DNA of 64,000 bases from Chrysomallon squamiferum (GCA_012295275.1 CM022667.1:8990001-9054000); one strand, 5' to 3'; shown: positions 42,030-57,087, counted from the first letter of the stretch. Notes: generated by a model from the sequence alone, not told the origin. A program made the numbers and translations.

Positions 42030-43900
42030 TTAAATTATGCTTCAGTACTGTACATTGTCCACACGAACAATTTGGCAGGCAGCAGTTTAAATACACAACA
42101 ATTGTGCGTTTTTACAACGCGAGAGATTGCAACGAAAACTGAAGTCAGTTGCCAATATATGCAGTTTAAATATACGTAATAACTGTACGTTTTAAAAACC
42201 ACAGCGTATTTTAAACTGAACTGTTAGTCTGAATACATGCAGTTTGTACCAGACTTTTAGATGTACATAGCACGTATTACTCTAATTTGATTCATCACTA
42301 CGTGAACAAATAAGAATAGTTTCAGTTTTAACAATGGCATGAGATTATAGTTAATTATTTTATGCAGTTTGAATACAATATTATCGGACTTTTGCCACTT
42401 TCACGGAGGCAGGAGATTCATGTTCTCATTTACGACTATGTTCAGTTCAAATGTAGCACGTTCTGTCCAGGACCTATCACTGCACGGGCTGTATAACTGT
42501 GAACTCTTTTACTAATCCGTGTTATTTGAAAAAAAATAAGATCTAAAGAAGACTTTAACTAACCCACGGGGAATATCTAAAAGGAAGAGTAGAGAATCAC
42601 ACAAGTGAAAATAGCAGAGGGGAGATAAATAGCCGGTGAGTGATTTACAGGTTCGTACATTATGAATACACGTGGGTTGTACGCTAACGACAGTAGCAGA
42701 TGAAACACGCTGTAAATTACTCTGACTGCTGTGGATGGATATAACAATTTGAAGATTTTAAACGTATAAAGCCTTTATCAGACTTTTAAATACCACGGGG
42801 CATATTATTACTGTAAATTAATGTATAAACTGAAGTTTTGCGTACGTGGAAATCGAGTAATTGTTATAACACATAATACAACACCAAGTTAAGTTTGAAT
42901 ACAAACTATTTTTACAAGACTTTCACAGATTCGCGAGAGACAATTTGTAAATTCATTCATAGAGTGTGTCCGTGAAGTCTGAACATTTGTCGACTGTACA
43001 GTGGTTCCGACACCAAAGTTTGAATACAGCCGTTGTACAAAAAGTTTGGATACATCCAAGACTTACTAATCTGTTGCCTTGGTTACAGTGGCTTGATTCA
43101 CAACAGTTTACGCACAGGAAAATTCGATGACTGATGATAAAAACAAACCAAATTTTAAGTGTGTTGTCATGCAGTGATACATTTATTTGTTAAATTTGTA
43201 TCCATTAGAATTTCAGAAGCTTTAAAAATCTGCTGTCTGTGATTATTACTAACGTCTAATTTACTACAGTCTTATCACATGAATATCTTAAACGTTTGAT
43301 AATACAAAATCAAAAAGCGTATTGCATGAATCTTACAAGATTTCACAGACACGGAGTATATGCTACTGTTGTGTTATTTGCTACAGACTAAACACATGAA
43401 AATTAATCACTTGTATCTAGTTGACTAGAATGTGCAGTTTGAATATGTGAAAAGTCAACCAGAGTTTTACGGATTCACCTGCTATTAATACATAATATAA
43501 AGTCTGAACACATAACAGTGTATAAACGGTTGCAGTGACCTCAAATGAAACGAAAAGTGCACAGTCTCAATGTACGAAAAGAGACGTTTGCTGATCCACG
43601 GAGTAATAATTTATTATAATATATTCAGTTTTGGTACAAGAGTACTTTACAGTTGTGATGATATCAAATGGTACACACTGCAGTGAAGTGACTCACTAGT
43701 TTGTAAGGTTTACACGTATTAAAAAAAAGACGTTTAAAAACGGCAAAGAATATTGTTACAGTAAACGTCTTCATAACCGCCGCTACAGTCTGAATACCGT
43801 ACGAATTCTACAAGTGTTTTTAAAAACTACAGGGGTATTTCTATAATTCGAAATCTTGATGAATGAAAATAAATTGAAGAAAAGGTTTGGATACTGAATT
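42030..43900. repeat. Highly decayed tandem repeat with (c/a)agt(t/c)tgaatac and cacgg(a/g)g motifs
   Basis: Motifs recur every ~60-80 bp over ~1.9 kb (e.g. 42365, 42891, 43016, 43435, 43501, 43786). Confidence 0.5.
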
Positions 43901-43917
43901 ATGCACGGTTGAGAAAT

Positions 43918-43948
<31 letters not shown>

Positions 43949-45339
43949 CGTAAAGGATTTATGTAATAACGGCATAATTTGAACATTAAATCGTGTCGGT
44001 TGATGAAATTAAAAATAATAATTTGAAAATAGTTTATATAATGGAGGTAAAAAGTTTGCCAAAATGTTGCACGCCTTATGGAGAAAATGATTTATGATGA
44101 AAACTCCTGCATAACGACACATAAATCTCTGATTTAACTAACACATAAAACTGAGCAGTTGTCTTTATAATTACTGCAGTTTAAAAGTTCAGCTTGTTCC
44201 TTTGATGAAAAAATTGGTTACAGACTAGAGTACATTACATCGTCTGTTTGTTTTAAATATGGCGTGTTACTGCTTTTTGGGGTATTATTATAAAAGAAAC
44301 TGTTTTCTTCAAAACTTTGTAAAAAAAAATAGGTAGAGACAAATTTTTAATGTTGTTTTTTTTTGTTTTTTTTTTCTACAGTAGATGTCTTGATAAAGGG
44401 TCAGTTTTGTTTTCAACCAGTTTCGGTTACCAAAGAAAGTGTCCTATTTTACATCGTTAAAATTGTTATGTATTTTTAAATCCCGTGTTTTGAATCGTGA
44501 AAACTCGTTTTCAAATTTCTCTCAGTTGGCCTTGGTCATAAGAAGTTTGTATTTTATTCAGCCATAGATTACATCGTTTATTTAAAAAAAAAAAAAATAA
44601 TAATTTCTATTAGAGGTCTTTAAAATCATTTTATGTTCTTCTTATTAAGGCTGAAAAAATCACAAAAGAAAAGATATTCTTCTACAACAAAACATTTCAT
44701 CACAAATATCATGATCTGTAATAACCGTTTGGAAAAAGAAACCTTCTTTTTCTCTACAAGACTGTATTAAGACATATTATTTTTTCCATATCAAGCTGGT
44801 TAACAGAAAAACAATATACTCCTCTCGATTAAGATTCTTAACAAAACAGACTGGTTTTTTTTTTATATATATATATATCACCCTTTGTTACAAAAACCGT
44901 CTGCAGAAAACCTGTGTATGAACGCTATGACGAAAAACTTGGCACTTGTACCTGGAAAAAAATACAACAACAACAAAAAAACCTGCTTAGGTTACAGAAT
45001 GTTACAATACTTGAGTTTTATTTAGCTCAGCGGTGATGTGACTGTGTATTGTGTGTGTTCTGAAACCCACTGGCAGCAGACACTGTACGCGAGGAGGTGA
45101 AAGTGGAAGGTTGTTTTGATCCGTGACAAAGTCTAAAGCTGTTAGGTGCTGGTCTCATTCCATTACGGGTTCAATGAGGCTGGGTACAAACAAGTCGAGT
45201 AATGTTCCGATACTGTCAGTCACTGATGTGATTTCATCCCGTTTAGACTCAAAGCTACTCCTATTGTTATTCTAGTGTGTTGTTCAGTGTGTTGTTCAGT
45301 GTGTTGTTCAGGTACAGGTCTTGATATGATGATGAGCTA

Positions 45340-45505
45340 CGTGTTTCTTATTCCTGTGATTAATAACTCGACTACTTCTCTTGTGATATCGTGATCAGGT
45401 ACAAAACTACTTCTGTTGTGATACCGCTGTGACCAGCAAAACGGGTACTTCATTTGTGAATTGGTTCAAGACTACTTCTGTTGTGATGACATTACTATTG
45501 TGACA
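45340..45505. repeat. Short degenerate repeat (actacttctgttgtgata)
   Basis: 4-5 recurrences, preceded by 3x gtgtgttgttca at 45275-45310. Confidence 0.65.
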
Positions 45506-46231
45506 CGATTTTTTGTTTTTATCGCTCTGAAATTACTCATCATTTAAACTTTAGAATACACCAAATCACCAGACGGCAAAACATTAAATATACCCAGCGT
45601 TTAAGTCGTGGATTTTAGTGTGTCGTTTTTAAAATTCTACTTTTATCATTGCTTGACTTTCCTGGAAACTGTTTGATGTTGCTCCCACAAGACAAGTCTG
45701 CTGGAGCTGTATAACATCTATTACTGCAGTCCGATTCTATCGACAACGGGAATTTCGATCGTTAATTTTATATAATAGAAAGGAAATAAAAGACTAAAGA
45801 AAAAAAAATAATACAGAGGTTTTGTGATGTCATTTAATCGTTTTCTGGAAAGCGTCGAAGGTTAAAATTCAGTTAAACAATAACAGCAATAATTGGAGAC
45901 TTCTTAATTTGTGCAGTGTCGAAACTGACGTTCGTTTTGGGAGTTTAAAAATAAACATCTGCAAACAGTTGTATGACAAACAGGCAATATTTACACTGCA
46001 TTAATTGATTCTGCTTCGTGCAAATCGCTAAGTGCATTTTTCTCTCACACTCGTCATCCAAAAAAAACCGCAACGCGGCACTTTTCAGTATTCGTTTTAC
46101 CTTCACTGATGGTGGTATTGTTTTTAGTAACTATTCTTCATCGACTGATTACGTAAATTCTGACGTAAAATACCGAAGATACACGAATGGATTCCAGACG
46201 TAAAAGCAAAGATGTAATAGAGACCGGCCCC

Positions 46232-46234
46232 ATG
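46232..46234 (+). CDS. Candidate alternative first exon contributing only the initiator Met (ATG|gtaagt), phase 0
   Basis: accggccccATG|gtaagt. The exon 5' end is unknown. Confidence 0.45.
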
Positions 46235-46568
46235 GTAAGTAATGAATTGAAACGAATGTGAAAAATCCCAGATTTATTAGCATAACAAAACACACCAGAG
46301 AGCTGTCATCTTTTTCTCTAACAAGAAGACTTTCTCGCTGAAGTAGATAGCAAATGGCAGTTCAAAGAAACAATTGCGATATCGCGTTTGACTGTTTGGC
46401 GAATTATGTTTTCTGTTAAAGGTAGTTTGGTGATTAGTTTAGATGAATGAGACGCCCAAGTCTTGATGTTTCTAGTGTAAAGAACGTGGGAACAGACGCA
46501 GATTTAATACAGCCTGTAAATCGTTGATAAGAAAATAAGCAATACCTGTATTTTCAAACTACACAGCT

Positions 46569-46652
46569 GAGATTAAACGTTTGTTACTTTAACCACTTAG
46601 ATTAAACGTTTGTTACTTTAACCACTTAGATTAAGCGTTTGTTACGTTTAAC
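46569..46652. repeat. 29-bp tandem repeat x3 (agattaaacgtttgttactttaaccactt)
   Basis: Seen directly. Confidence 0.85.
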
Positions 46653-47046
46653 GATACCACTAAACCAATTGATAAAACTTTCTTTTATCGGATATTGACT
46701 GAAAAACATCTGGTTTTAATATAAAAAAAAAAAAAAAAAATAATGTTTTTTTATTTTTTTTTTTCTTTATTGTTTACGTAATTGCTTAGTTTGATAGAAG
46801 TATATATTCTGGTTAGTATTTCTTTGTTCTGGATGAAAAACATTTGGTTTTATGTCTTTTGAAAAACCTTTTATTTTGTTATCATCATTTACGTAATTGT
46901 TTAGCTTATATATTGGTTGATATTTCTTTGTAAATTAACGTTCATGTTGCCTTGAGTAAGAGTATTTGTTACTTAGTTCGACAACAGTGGTGAGAAGAGC
47001 TGTAATGAGAATGGCTGAAGGTTAGTAATTAAAACACGGACATACA

Positions 47047-47099
<53 letters not shown>

Positions 47100-47344
47100 A
47101 CAGACACACACACACAAAACATTCGTTGAATTGAATGCAAATCAAAATCACGTTATAATATTTACAATTCTGAATTATTATTCTAAATCGTTAGAATACA
47201 AAAACTGGGTAGCAGACATTCTTTTTTTTTTTTTTTTTTTTTTTTTGGTTTATATATTTATAGATAACAGAAGTAATTAGATTAGTTATCAAGTAAATAA
47301 GCTAATATGCAAAAATGTACTATGCATCAAAGTACCCAGATAAG

Positions 47345-47384
<40 letters not shown>

Positions 47385-47705
47385 TAAATAAATTGACAGA
47401 CAGAAGAATATAGATAGACAGAAAGACAGATACACAGCAAGACAGACAGACAGAAGACAAACACACAGAGAGATAAATAAACGTCTACAGACATACACTT
47501 ATATACAGACAGACTAAAATTGACGTCTACTACTAAGTCAAGCACAGTTATTCACTACAAATACTAGTAAACAAAATGTATCACTAAACGCTTTCTATGA
47601 CACAACACTCTTAGTAACAAGAAACCAGTACTAATCATGGTGCTTACTAAATCATGAAGCGTTACTTAACTAGGACTAGGTGTAATCCACAACCAATAGC
47701 TGTAA

Positions 47706-47917
47706 CTAACGATACTTAAACACAGTGAACCCAAAGACGCATTCTCTGTATTCTTCGAGTGGTTCTTTCGACACCTCTTTGTTGTTACGACACGAAGATG
47801 CCTGATTCTTGGCACCGTCGGGAGAAGTGAGAAATTCCTGAAAATTCTCTTCTGTCAGTCTCTTCATCATCATTAACCAACATTGGCTAATTGCGACACG
47901 GACGTGACGGAGAACAG
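47706..47917 (-). CDS. Exon 2 of a candidate 73-aa antisense small protein
   Basis: Acceptor tagtgttttttag, phase 1, 69 open codons (VLRHVRVAISQCWLMMMKRLTEENFQEFLTSPDG...VFKYR*). Confidence 0.35.
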
Positions 47918-48854
47918 CTAAAAAACACTATTACCCTTTTTTTTGTTTTCTTCATATTTTTTTCTCTTTAGCATACTAATTAATTAACTCAGTCACGTTA
48001 GTGTTATAAAAACAAGCGCACTGTAATTTAGTGGCTGACCTCTGTTCTGAAAGGTGGCTCCAGTGGGTTAGTTCCCGTTCTAGACAGTGGCTCAGTGTAC
48101 TTTACTGTCTGTAGTTAATACAACTACTATTACGACAGCTGCAGCTGCTACCACTACTACTGATATTACTACTAATACCACCACGTCGCATACTACTACT
48201 ACCACTACTACTATTACCAATTTTACAACTGTTACTACAAACAGAACTATTATTACTGCCTCTACTATTACTACTAAACTACTACTACAGCTACTGCCAC
48301 TACTACCACCACTACAACTGCTACCTCTAATACTGATACTACTAGCACTAATACTACTACTATTACTACTACTAGCACTAGAACCACTGCAACTTCTACT
48401 GCTGCTGCTACTACTGCTACTACTGCTAATTACTCCTGTTATTTATATTAATTTTTTATTATTATTATCATCATCATCATCATCATCATCATCATCGTCA
48501 TCGTCGCTATAATTTGTTTCACAAAAGAGTCATTATGTCATCAACAGACCATTGCTAAAGAGTTGCGTGACGATACCGTTTTCTCTTACAGAACGCACTC
48601 ATTTTCAACTATTTCATAATTTATTATTATTATTATTTTATTTTTGTTCGTCATGAAGTAAACCACTGCGCTCCACGGACTGACAAAGCTGAGAACCTGG
48701 TACAGGCAAACACTCAATATTTGTTTATAATTACACATGAAAGACGTAGGTGATGGTTTTCTCAGTTAGTAACCGCGATCAGAGAGCGTGCAGAATTTCA
48801 ATTACTGCCTTGAATAGCCGCGTTTCTGCCCAACAAGAGTGCGAGCAGTTCACG

Positions 48855-48911
<57 letters not shown>

Positions 48912-49182
48912 ACACACACACACAGTGTTTTAAATATATGGTTGGAATGGGAAACACACACAGTCTGAAGATGTAAAGATTGTTATAGTGTTTTGAATAT
49001 GGTTGGAATGGGATATTATGTCAGATTCTTTATAAGAGTGTAATTATAGATACTGTAGGGGGTGGTGTCTGTGTGTGTGCATTTGTGAGAGAGTGAGAGA
49101 AGGATATACAGATAAATGGAGAGAAAGAGAGAGTGAGAAAGAGAAAGAGAGAGTGCGAGTGAGACAGAAAGATATATAGAAG

Positions 49183-49292
<110 letters not shown>

Positions 49293-49572
49293 CAGACAGA
49301 CAGAAATAGAGATAGGATAACGTAAGAAGGGAATCTGGCAGGCAGCGTTGGACACGCGTCTAGTAATAAAATGAAAAGAAACTTGATAAACGTTACGACA
49401 TTTCGTCTTACAGTATTCAGTGTCTCTAACGTCAGTTTAACATTCACAGCGACACTTCACAGACAGATGCAAACGACAGAGAGATAGAAAAATCTGTCAC
49501 AACAGCAACCCACTGAGTGTCACATCATTGACAGAATTCTAAATAGGAAACCAGGACTACGACAATACTCAC

Positions 49573-49582
49573 TTGATAACAT
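49573..49582 (-). CDS. Exon 1 coding part of the candidate antisense small protein (ATG TTA TCA A|gtgagt)
   Basis: Consensus donor GTGAGT in phase 1, matching the 47917 acceptor. In-frame stop upstream of the ATG. Confidence 0.3.
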
Positions 49583-49663
49583 GTGTCAGGCCAGCTTACA
49601 GTTGTTACACGCAGGAGTCGATACTTTGTTGACGTCGTTTGTAGTTGCTCTGCTGTTGCCTAC

Positions 49664-49750
49664 ATGTCTAGTTTTATGAAAGATTTTTCTTCTTTTAACA
49701 AGGATAAGAATGTGTCGAAAATTGATAAATCGAAAGGGGAAATTGCTACG
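49664..49750 (+). CDS. Candidate alternative first coding exon (MSSFMKDFSSFNKDKNVSKIDKSKGEIAT), phase 0
   Basis: ATG at 49664, 29 open codons, donor ACG|gtaagt. Confidence 0.6.
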
Positions 49751-49895
49751 GTAAGTTATGGATATGCTGATAAGTAGATGAAAGTGAAACATTAGCTGAA
49801 TTATTTATATATTTATTTGCTTATTTATTTATTTATTTATTTATTAAAATCTTTCTTTATAGTGACAGCATTAATATCCGTGTTAGTAAAAAAAG

Positions 49896-49990
<95 letters not shown>

Positions 49991-50766
49991 GTCTATATTT
50001 CTGTTCAAAGCGTGACGTAATGAGTATTCCAGAAATGAAGAAAAACGACAGTATCTACAATTCGCCATAATTTGTAGTTTTACATTCAAACTTTATTATC
50101 GGCAAAGGTTGTTCACCAGCGACAAGCTAATAAAACATTCACACTGAATTGTACAAAAAAAAAAAAAAAAAAAAAAAATAGTCAGGATATGTTTTGATTA
50201 TAACAGGCGTATTTTAACAAGGAACATAAATCAGTGCAACTGGGTGGTTGATTTAAATCTGTATTTAACTTTATTACGTCTGCCTGCAGTTTGACAGGTT
50301 AAAAAAGTGAGCTGTGAAAGAAAACAGGAGAATAGGTTGCGCGTCTGCTGAACAGATCAACGTAATTACTGAGATCAAAGGTAAAGTGGTTTAGGTGTGA
50401 TTTCTGCAAATATTACCTTGTTTATTACGAGTATGGGAAAAACATGGTATAATGTGAGGGAAAAAAATATATACGTTTTCTATACAGGAATAGAGGAAAT
50501 TACCGTTTTATGCGTACACACACATACACACACACACACACACACACATACACGTATACATACACACACACACACACGTATACACACACTTATCTAATAC
50601 ATAAATATCTATATACATGTATCTGTAAATTTATAAACTGAAAAAAAAAAATGAAATTTCTTAAGTTTAATATTATTAAACAAATGTTTCTTCACATTTA
50701 ATTATCAAAAATTATTTTAATGTATGTGTACATGTTTGTGTGTTTGTTTGTTCTTGTTCGTGTTCG

Positions 50767-50830
<64 letters not shown>

Positions 50831-51144
50831 CATATCTCTCTTTCATATATTGATTTTTAATTAGCGTATGGCAGTCTTGCATTGATCTACCAAAGTTTTC
50901 TATACCGCTCTACTTTACCTTATATTTTTTTTATGGTTTATGGAATACCGCTTCTTTGGGTCGAGCAATTTTTCTTTTTCATTTCAAAATCTATAGGCGA
51001 CGCAGATTTCTTGTTGTCATAACATAATAATACAATCGAATGACGTCATAAGAGAAAAACGTGATAGGTAAGAATGTCATTGCGTTGAAAACGTTTAGTA
51101 AGGTATTGTGAACATTGTCATCCGTCTTTTTCTTAGTTCTTTGT

Positions 51145-51216
<72 letters not shown>

Positions 51217-51475
51217 TGTGTGTAAGTCTGAAATGTGTGCGTTCCTATGTACGTACAGGTATTTATCCTTCGAATATTTTTCTTCAGCAACATTTTTGAT
51301 CCTGTTAGGAGAAATTTTAGTTTTTTTTCCGTGCTTTCATTCATTGTGTTTTATAATACCATGTGTGTGTATATATGTGTGGTTGTATACATACATACAT
51401 ACATACATACATACATACATACATACATACATACATACATACATACATACATACATACATACATACATACATACA

Positions 51476-51509
<34 letters not shown>

Positions 51510-52037
51510 AATACATACTTTCATACATACATTTATACACAGACACATACACACATACTACACAAAAATAAACACAAACTTACAAATAAATAGTATTTTA
51601 TTTTGTGTGTACATAGCTTCGTTCTCAGTAAATTTGTATCTGTTACATCTAATACTTAACCCAGTATATTATACGGTGAATGATTTCATCTACTTGACAA
51701 AATAATAAACAAGAAAACGAATTCCTCTTGGCTCGCCTTTCAATCATATGAAACAGACCCTCTGTGATAAATCTGATAACATCCTTCGAGGTATATTATT
51801 TTGTTTATTTTACTTTATTAATAAATACCTGAGTGATCGAATATCACCAGTAGTCGAGGGATCAAATACCGAGACTGGTATTACAGAATTCATCGGAAAT
51901 TCTTTCTGTAAGTGTTTGTTTGTTGAATTTCACTGTTTATTAAACTGAATTTCTTTCTCTCTGTCTTTCTCTCTCCCACTCTCTGTCAAAATCTATATCT
52001 ATAATCTATCTATCTATATTTGTAATATATATCTATC

Positions 52038-52204
<167 letters not shown>

Positions 52205-53049
52205 CTATCTATCTATATCTGTAATATATATCTATATCTATCTGTCTATCTATCTATCTCTCTCTCTCTCTCTATATATATATAATTATTTATTTTTTAT
52301 GATTTTATGTGTTTGTTTTTGTACACTTTCCTGTCTAAGTTTACGAGTGAGTGAAGATCTCTGATAGGACAGAAATCAGTTTTCATCACTCTACAAACAC
52401 AAACCTGTTGTCACACGTTGTTAAGTTTATTGCTTTGAACGCAAAAGCCAACACAGATCTGGGTTTGCTCGATATATTAGTTTCACTATGCTGTTGTGCA
52501 GAACCAGTTTGAAAGAAATGTCTTAATTAATGTGTTAATGTGCAAAAGAATAATAATAAAAAAAATGTTTCCGTGTTTTAGGAACGAATTGTTAAATACA
52601 AAGTGATAACACTTGTTTATAACACTGAGATAAATAAATTAAATTATTATTATTATTTTTTTTTTAAGTTTAGATTTTGAGATAGATACTGAAACAATAA
52701 TAATAATAATAATATATTTTTTTAAACATTAAAAATTAATATTTCATTCCTTACAAGAAATCAGAGTTATCTTTGGTTATATTACTTAAAGAACTTGAAA
52801 ATAAAATTATAAATTAATTATATTGCACCCATAACAAATAAAAAAAACAGATCTTTTAAAGACTCGTAACTGTTTGTTAATCAAGAAAAACTTTCTGGAA
52901 TGGGAAAAATAACACAAGGCTATAACTAAACCTGATTAACTGCAGGCAGACAAGAACTATCAGATTCCGCAGATCTCACAGTTAGCTAATAACAAAGTTT
53001 ATATAACGAAAACTCGCTGTTACTATCAAACGTACTCACGCGCTTTGGT

Positions 53050-53440
53050 TCATCTGTCCTGAGAACAAGCTACCGTAGTTTATCTGTTAAACGATGTTTG
53101 TTTAAACGCACCGCGCATGCTCAGTGTTTGTTTCTAGTATTCATAAATATTTACTGACGTTCGTCTGTCCTAGGAACAAGCTACCGTAGTTTATCTGTTA
53201 AGCGATGTTTGTTTAAACGCACCGTGCATGCTCAGTGTTTGTCTCTGGTGCTCGTAAACTATTCAGAGGCTTCCACGTGTCACAAGAACAAAATACCATA
53301 TTTTATCTTTTGTTTAAACGCACCGCGCATGCTCAGTGTTTGTCTCTGGTGCTCGTAAACTATTCACCGGCTTCCATGTGCCACAAGAACAAAATACCAT
53401 ATTTTATCTTTTGTTTAAACGTTTCCCGCTTGCTCAGTGT
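53050..53440. repeat. Four tandem ~101-111-bp units containing TGTTTAAACGCACCGCGCATGCTCAGTG
   Basis: Units start at ~53051, 53162, 53280 and 53381. Followed by a 36-bp duplication (53442-53510). Confidence 0.9.
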
Positions 53441-54443
53441 CGGTATGTCGTACTAATAAACTAGCTAATGCTATGTTGGTATGTCGTACTAATAAATTAG
53501 CTAATGCTATATATGGTATCCCTAAACGACTTCTACAGTCAGATTTATTACGTCAGTAGTAATGTTAGTACTCTTACAGCGTTCCTTTCTGGCGCTTAGC
53601 GAAGGAGAATTTTAGTTAAAAGAAGAGAAACTGGCAAGCAGAGTTTATTTAACGACAAATCGTGTAATCATTATACGAAGGGCTTACAACTGGTCATTTA
53701 TGTCTGTGTGAGTGTGTTGCGTGTGTGTGTGTGTGTGCGTGCGTGTGTGTGTGTGTGTGTATGTGTTGTTTTAGTTTCAACAACTGATGTTGAAAGTACA
53801 TACAAAATAAATAAAAGTAACACTGATTTGTTATTTGTACTGTTAAATGCTATTAACACGCGTTAAACAATTCTATATTTTTATTACTATATTTATCATT
53901 ACTGATTCAAATTACTTTTTTTTATTATTGTATTTAACCGAAGATAAAAATCATTATAAATATTTTAAAGTTTCAGCCGATGTTTCACGTATTTGTTTTA
54001 TTCATTGAAATTAATCTTCTGTAATTTCCTCTGTTCTTTTAGTCGTCTGTTGAACATGAGTGGAGTAGAAGTTAGAACGGGAAGCAAAAACAATACATGC
54101 CCATTATCCTATCCTATCTTTTTTTTTTTTTTGTCGTTATATTATTACAGAAATCAGATTGGGAAATAAAACAATGAATGCATGCCTCTTGTCTTGTTTT
54201 ATTTTTGCGAATATGTTATATTGTTAGAGATTCTGCCGGTTTTAGAGTACATGACCGAAAACAAGCTGCAAAGTTTAATAAACTCGTTCAGTTCGTTTAC
54301 GTAAATATGAAATTCCATCTGCAATGTTTGTTCATAAATGAAAGAAAGAAAGAGTTCGGAATACCCTTGGGAAAATATCTGTTTTATGTTATGTTACAGT
54401 CTGTGCGAGATAAAAAAAATAAAAAATAAAAAATTAAATAAAA

Positions 54444-54502
<59 letters not shown>

Positions 54503-57087
54503 TAATAATAAAAAAGAGGAATAATTGGGAGGGAGTTTGAGTCTATGTCACTTTTCGCTTCTGTTTTAGGTTTCTCGGTTGATGTTGTTTTGATTTTTGT
54601 TTTGTTATATTTTTTATTTTAATTATTATTTTTTTTTTTATTTTTATTGGTTCTGATTCGATACATGGCATGAACCTTTGTTTTCATTTCTTCATCTTCT
54701 TTTCAATTTCAACTGTCCGTCTGTTTTGTTTTTTTGTTTTCGTTCATCGGGATAGTCTCGAAGAGTTTCACATGATCAACATCACTGTTATCACAGACTG
54801 AGCTAATTTCTCTTTTCTACATCAACAACAACAGCAACAACAACTATTACTACTACTGCTGCTGCTACTACTACTAATAATAATAGTAACAACAACGACT
54901 ACGACTACATTCTTTAAATTTTAGAATAAATCAACTCTTCTCATGTTAAAGTTTACGGTTTGTGAATTTGGAGTTATGTTTCCACGTCTCTCTTTGAAAA
55001 AGAAACTAGAATTTTCGTGTCTGCTTCATTTTTACTTTTTTTCATTTATTTATTTACTTACTTTTTTTTTTTTTTAGATTTTTTTCTTTCTTTCTTCTCT
55101 TAATGGATAACAGTTTTCAGTTTGGAATTTAGTTAATTTCCAGTCTTCAAAATTACGTTTTCTTTTTCCGTAATTTATAAAAATTTTTGTTGTTGTTCGT
55201 TTCCTGTTTTCTTCTTTATGTTTTTTCTCTCCTTTTCTTTTGTCGCTCCCACTTTATTTCCACACAGAATACTGCAGTTGCGTGTACAGTCAGAAACGTT
55301 TGACACAGCTGTTCATTTAGTGCTTTTTAATTTCTTTTCTGTCTACGTATAACTAAACAAAATTTTCATATTAAATGTTCTAATGGGGTAAATTGTTTTG
55401 GCGTTTGTTAAAGTACACATTTAATTCATGTCTGTCAGATTTTATTAGTTAGTTAGCCTTCAGATGCCTCGTTTGTTGTAAAACTTAATAATCCAGAAAT
55501 AAGAGCTCATTAAGATGTTAATAAAACAATTTTCAGATTCCTGTTAACCTGAATAAGTCTGTTCTCTTCGCTGACGTTACTACAGTTGTCGTTGATGCTG
55601 TTACATCATCATCATCATCATCATCACGAGTCAATCTATATTTGGATACCAAACTGATGAACAGATTCAGTGTGAATCTTCAGCTAGTCTCTTGTCAGAT
55701 CATTTGATGATTATTATATATATATATATATACATATTTGTGTGTTCTGTTGGTGGCCATTTTTAAAGATGGCTGGCAGATGTTTTTTCCGAATTAGCAG
55801 TAATCGGTAAAAATGCCAGAAACTCTCGCGCAGATCTGTCTTGGAACATGCGATTTGCATTATTTGAATCTGTTTAAAATATAGCACGTGCAGTTTTTTA
55901 ATATTATGGTTATTTACATAATTTATAATTGGTATCTTCATTAAATATTTGGCATTGCATCTAGAACTGATGTGATCAGTTTCCTTTAGGAATATTCGAC
56001 AACGAAAAACATGTGTTACTAAGACTTAATTACGTAATGTTCTAACTAACGCGTGTTAACGAATATAAAATTAATATCTATCACGTGTTTTGATTACTTA
56101 TCTACGTTTTTGTGAACTTGAATTATGTAATCCTTGTAACCTGGAAAAAAAAAAACAAGTGTTATTAATATATATTTTTTTTCTTTTCTTTCTTTCTTTC
56201 TTTCTTTAATTTTCTTTATTTTTCTTCTTCTTCTTGTTCTTTATTTTATTATTAGTTTTTATTTTTTTATTTTAGAGAAAAAGTTAGTTTGGACCTTGTT
56301 ACCGTTAGAAAGAGAAAGAAAATTCTAGATGTTCTATTAATATATCGAGTTACTGTTACTGAGTTAATATTGCTAGCAAAAGTCGCTGATGTTGTTGTTT
56401 TTTAATATAATAATTATTTTTACTTGTTTTTATTTTTGTTGTTATTGATGCTGCTGATTTTATTTTTGTTGCGGTTCTCTTTGTTATTTGACTTTATTAC
56501 TATGGTTCATACGCATCTTTATCGTCATCATCATCGTCGTCATCGTTGTCACCATCATCATCATCATAAACACCATCACCGTCAACAACAACAACACCAA
56601 GCTATAACTTGTCGAGTTCGTATCAAGTACGTGTCATCACAGTAATATTTTATATGTCAACGAAACTGAATTCATTTTTCGCATGAAAAGATACATCGCT
56701 CTGTCATGAAACTGAGGAGAACACGCGCCTTGGTGTAACAGATCTGCAAAGTATTTTGAAAATGTTTGTTTAATGTTATCTGAAACCAGTAAGGAATTTT
56801 CCCCAAATTATAATCTAAAAAAAAAAAAAAAAAAAAAAAAAGAAATTGTATCTTTTTTTTTTTTTCTCATTTACTTTCACTGGATGGTTTACAGACAGAC
56901 ACACAAAATTTAAATTGATTCTTTAAAATATTTTTGGAAAAGTCTTTTCAATATATTTTGCTTCGTGAAGAAAAACAACGAAGGCATAACGAAATACCGT
57001 GACGTCATTACATAGCACATGCACTTTATTATTTCGTTTAAAGTATCTATATCTATAATCTATCTATCTATATTTGTAATATATATC

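Noticed and set aside
47005-47026. ATG AGA ATG GCT GAA G|gttagt first-exon candidate
   Set aside because: Phase 1, so out of frame with the 61004 exon. At best a non-coding or uORF exon; noted as a counterexample to the phase-0 pattern.
51748-51913. ORF ending near TCT|gtaagt
   Set aside because: Phase 1 in the open frame, poor exonic donor context, low-complexity middle and no homology.
52770-52785. miR-9-like sequence TCTTTGGTTAT
   Set aside because: Only the first 11 nt match and no precursor hairpin is evident.
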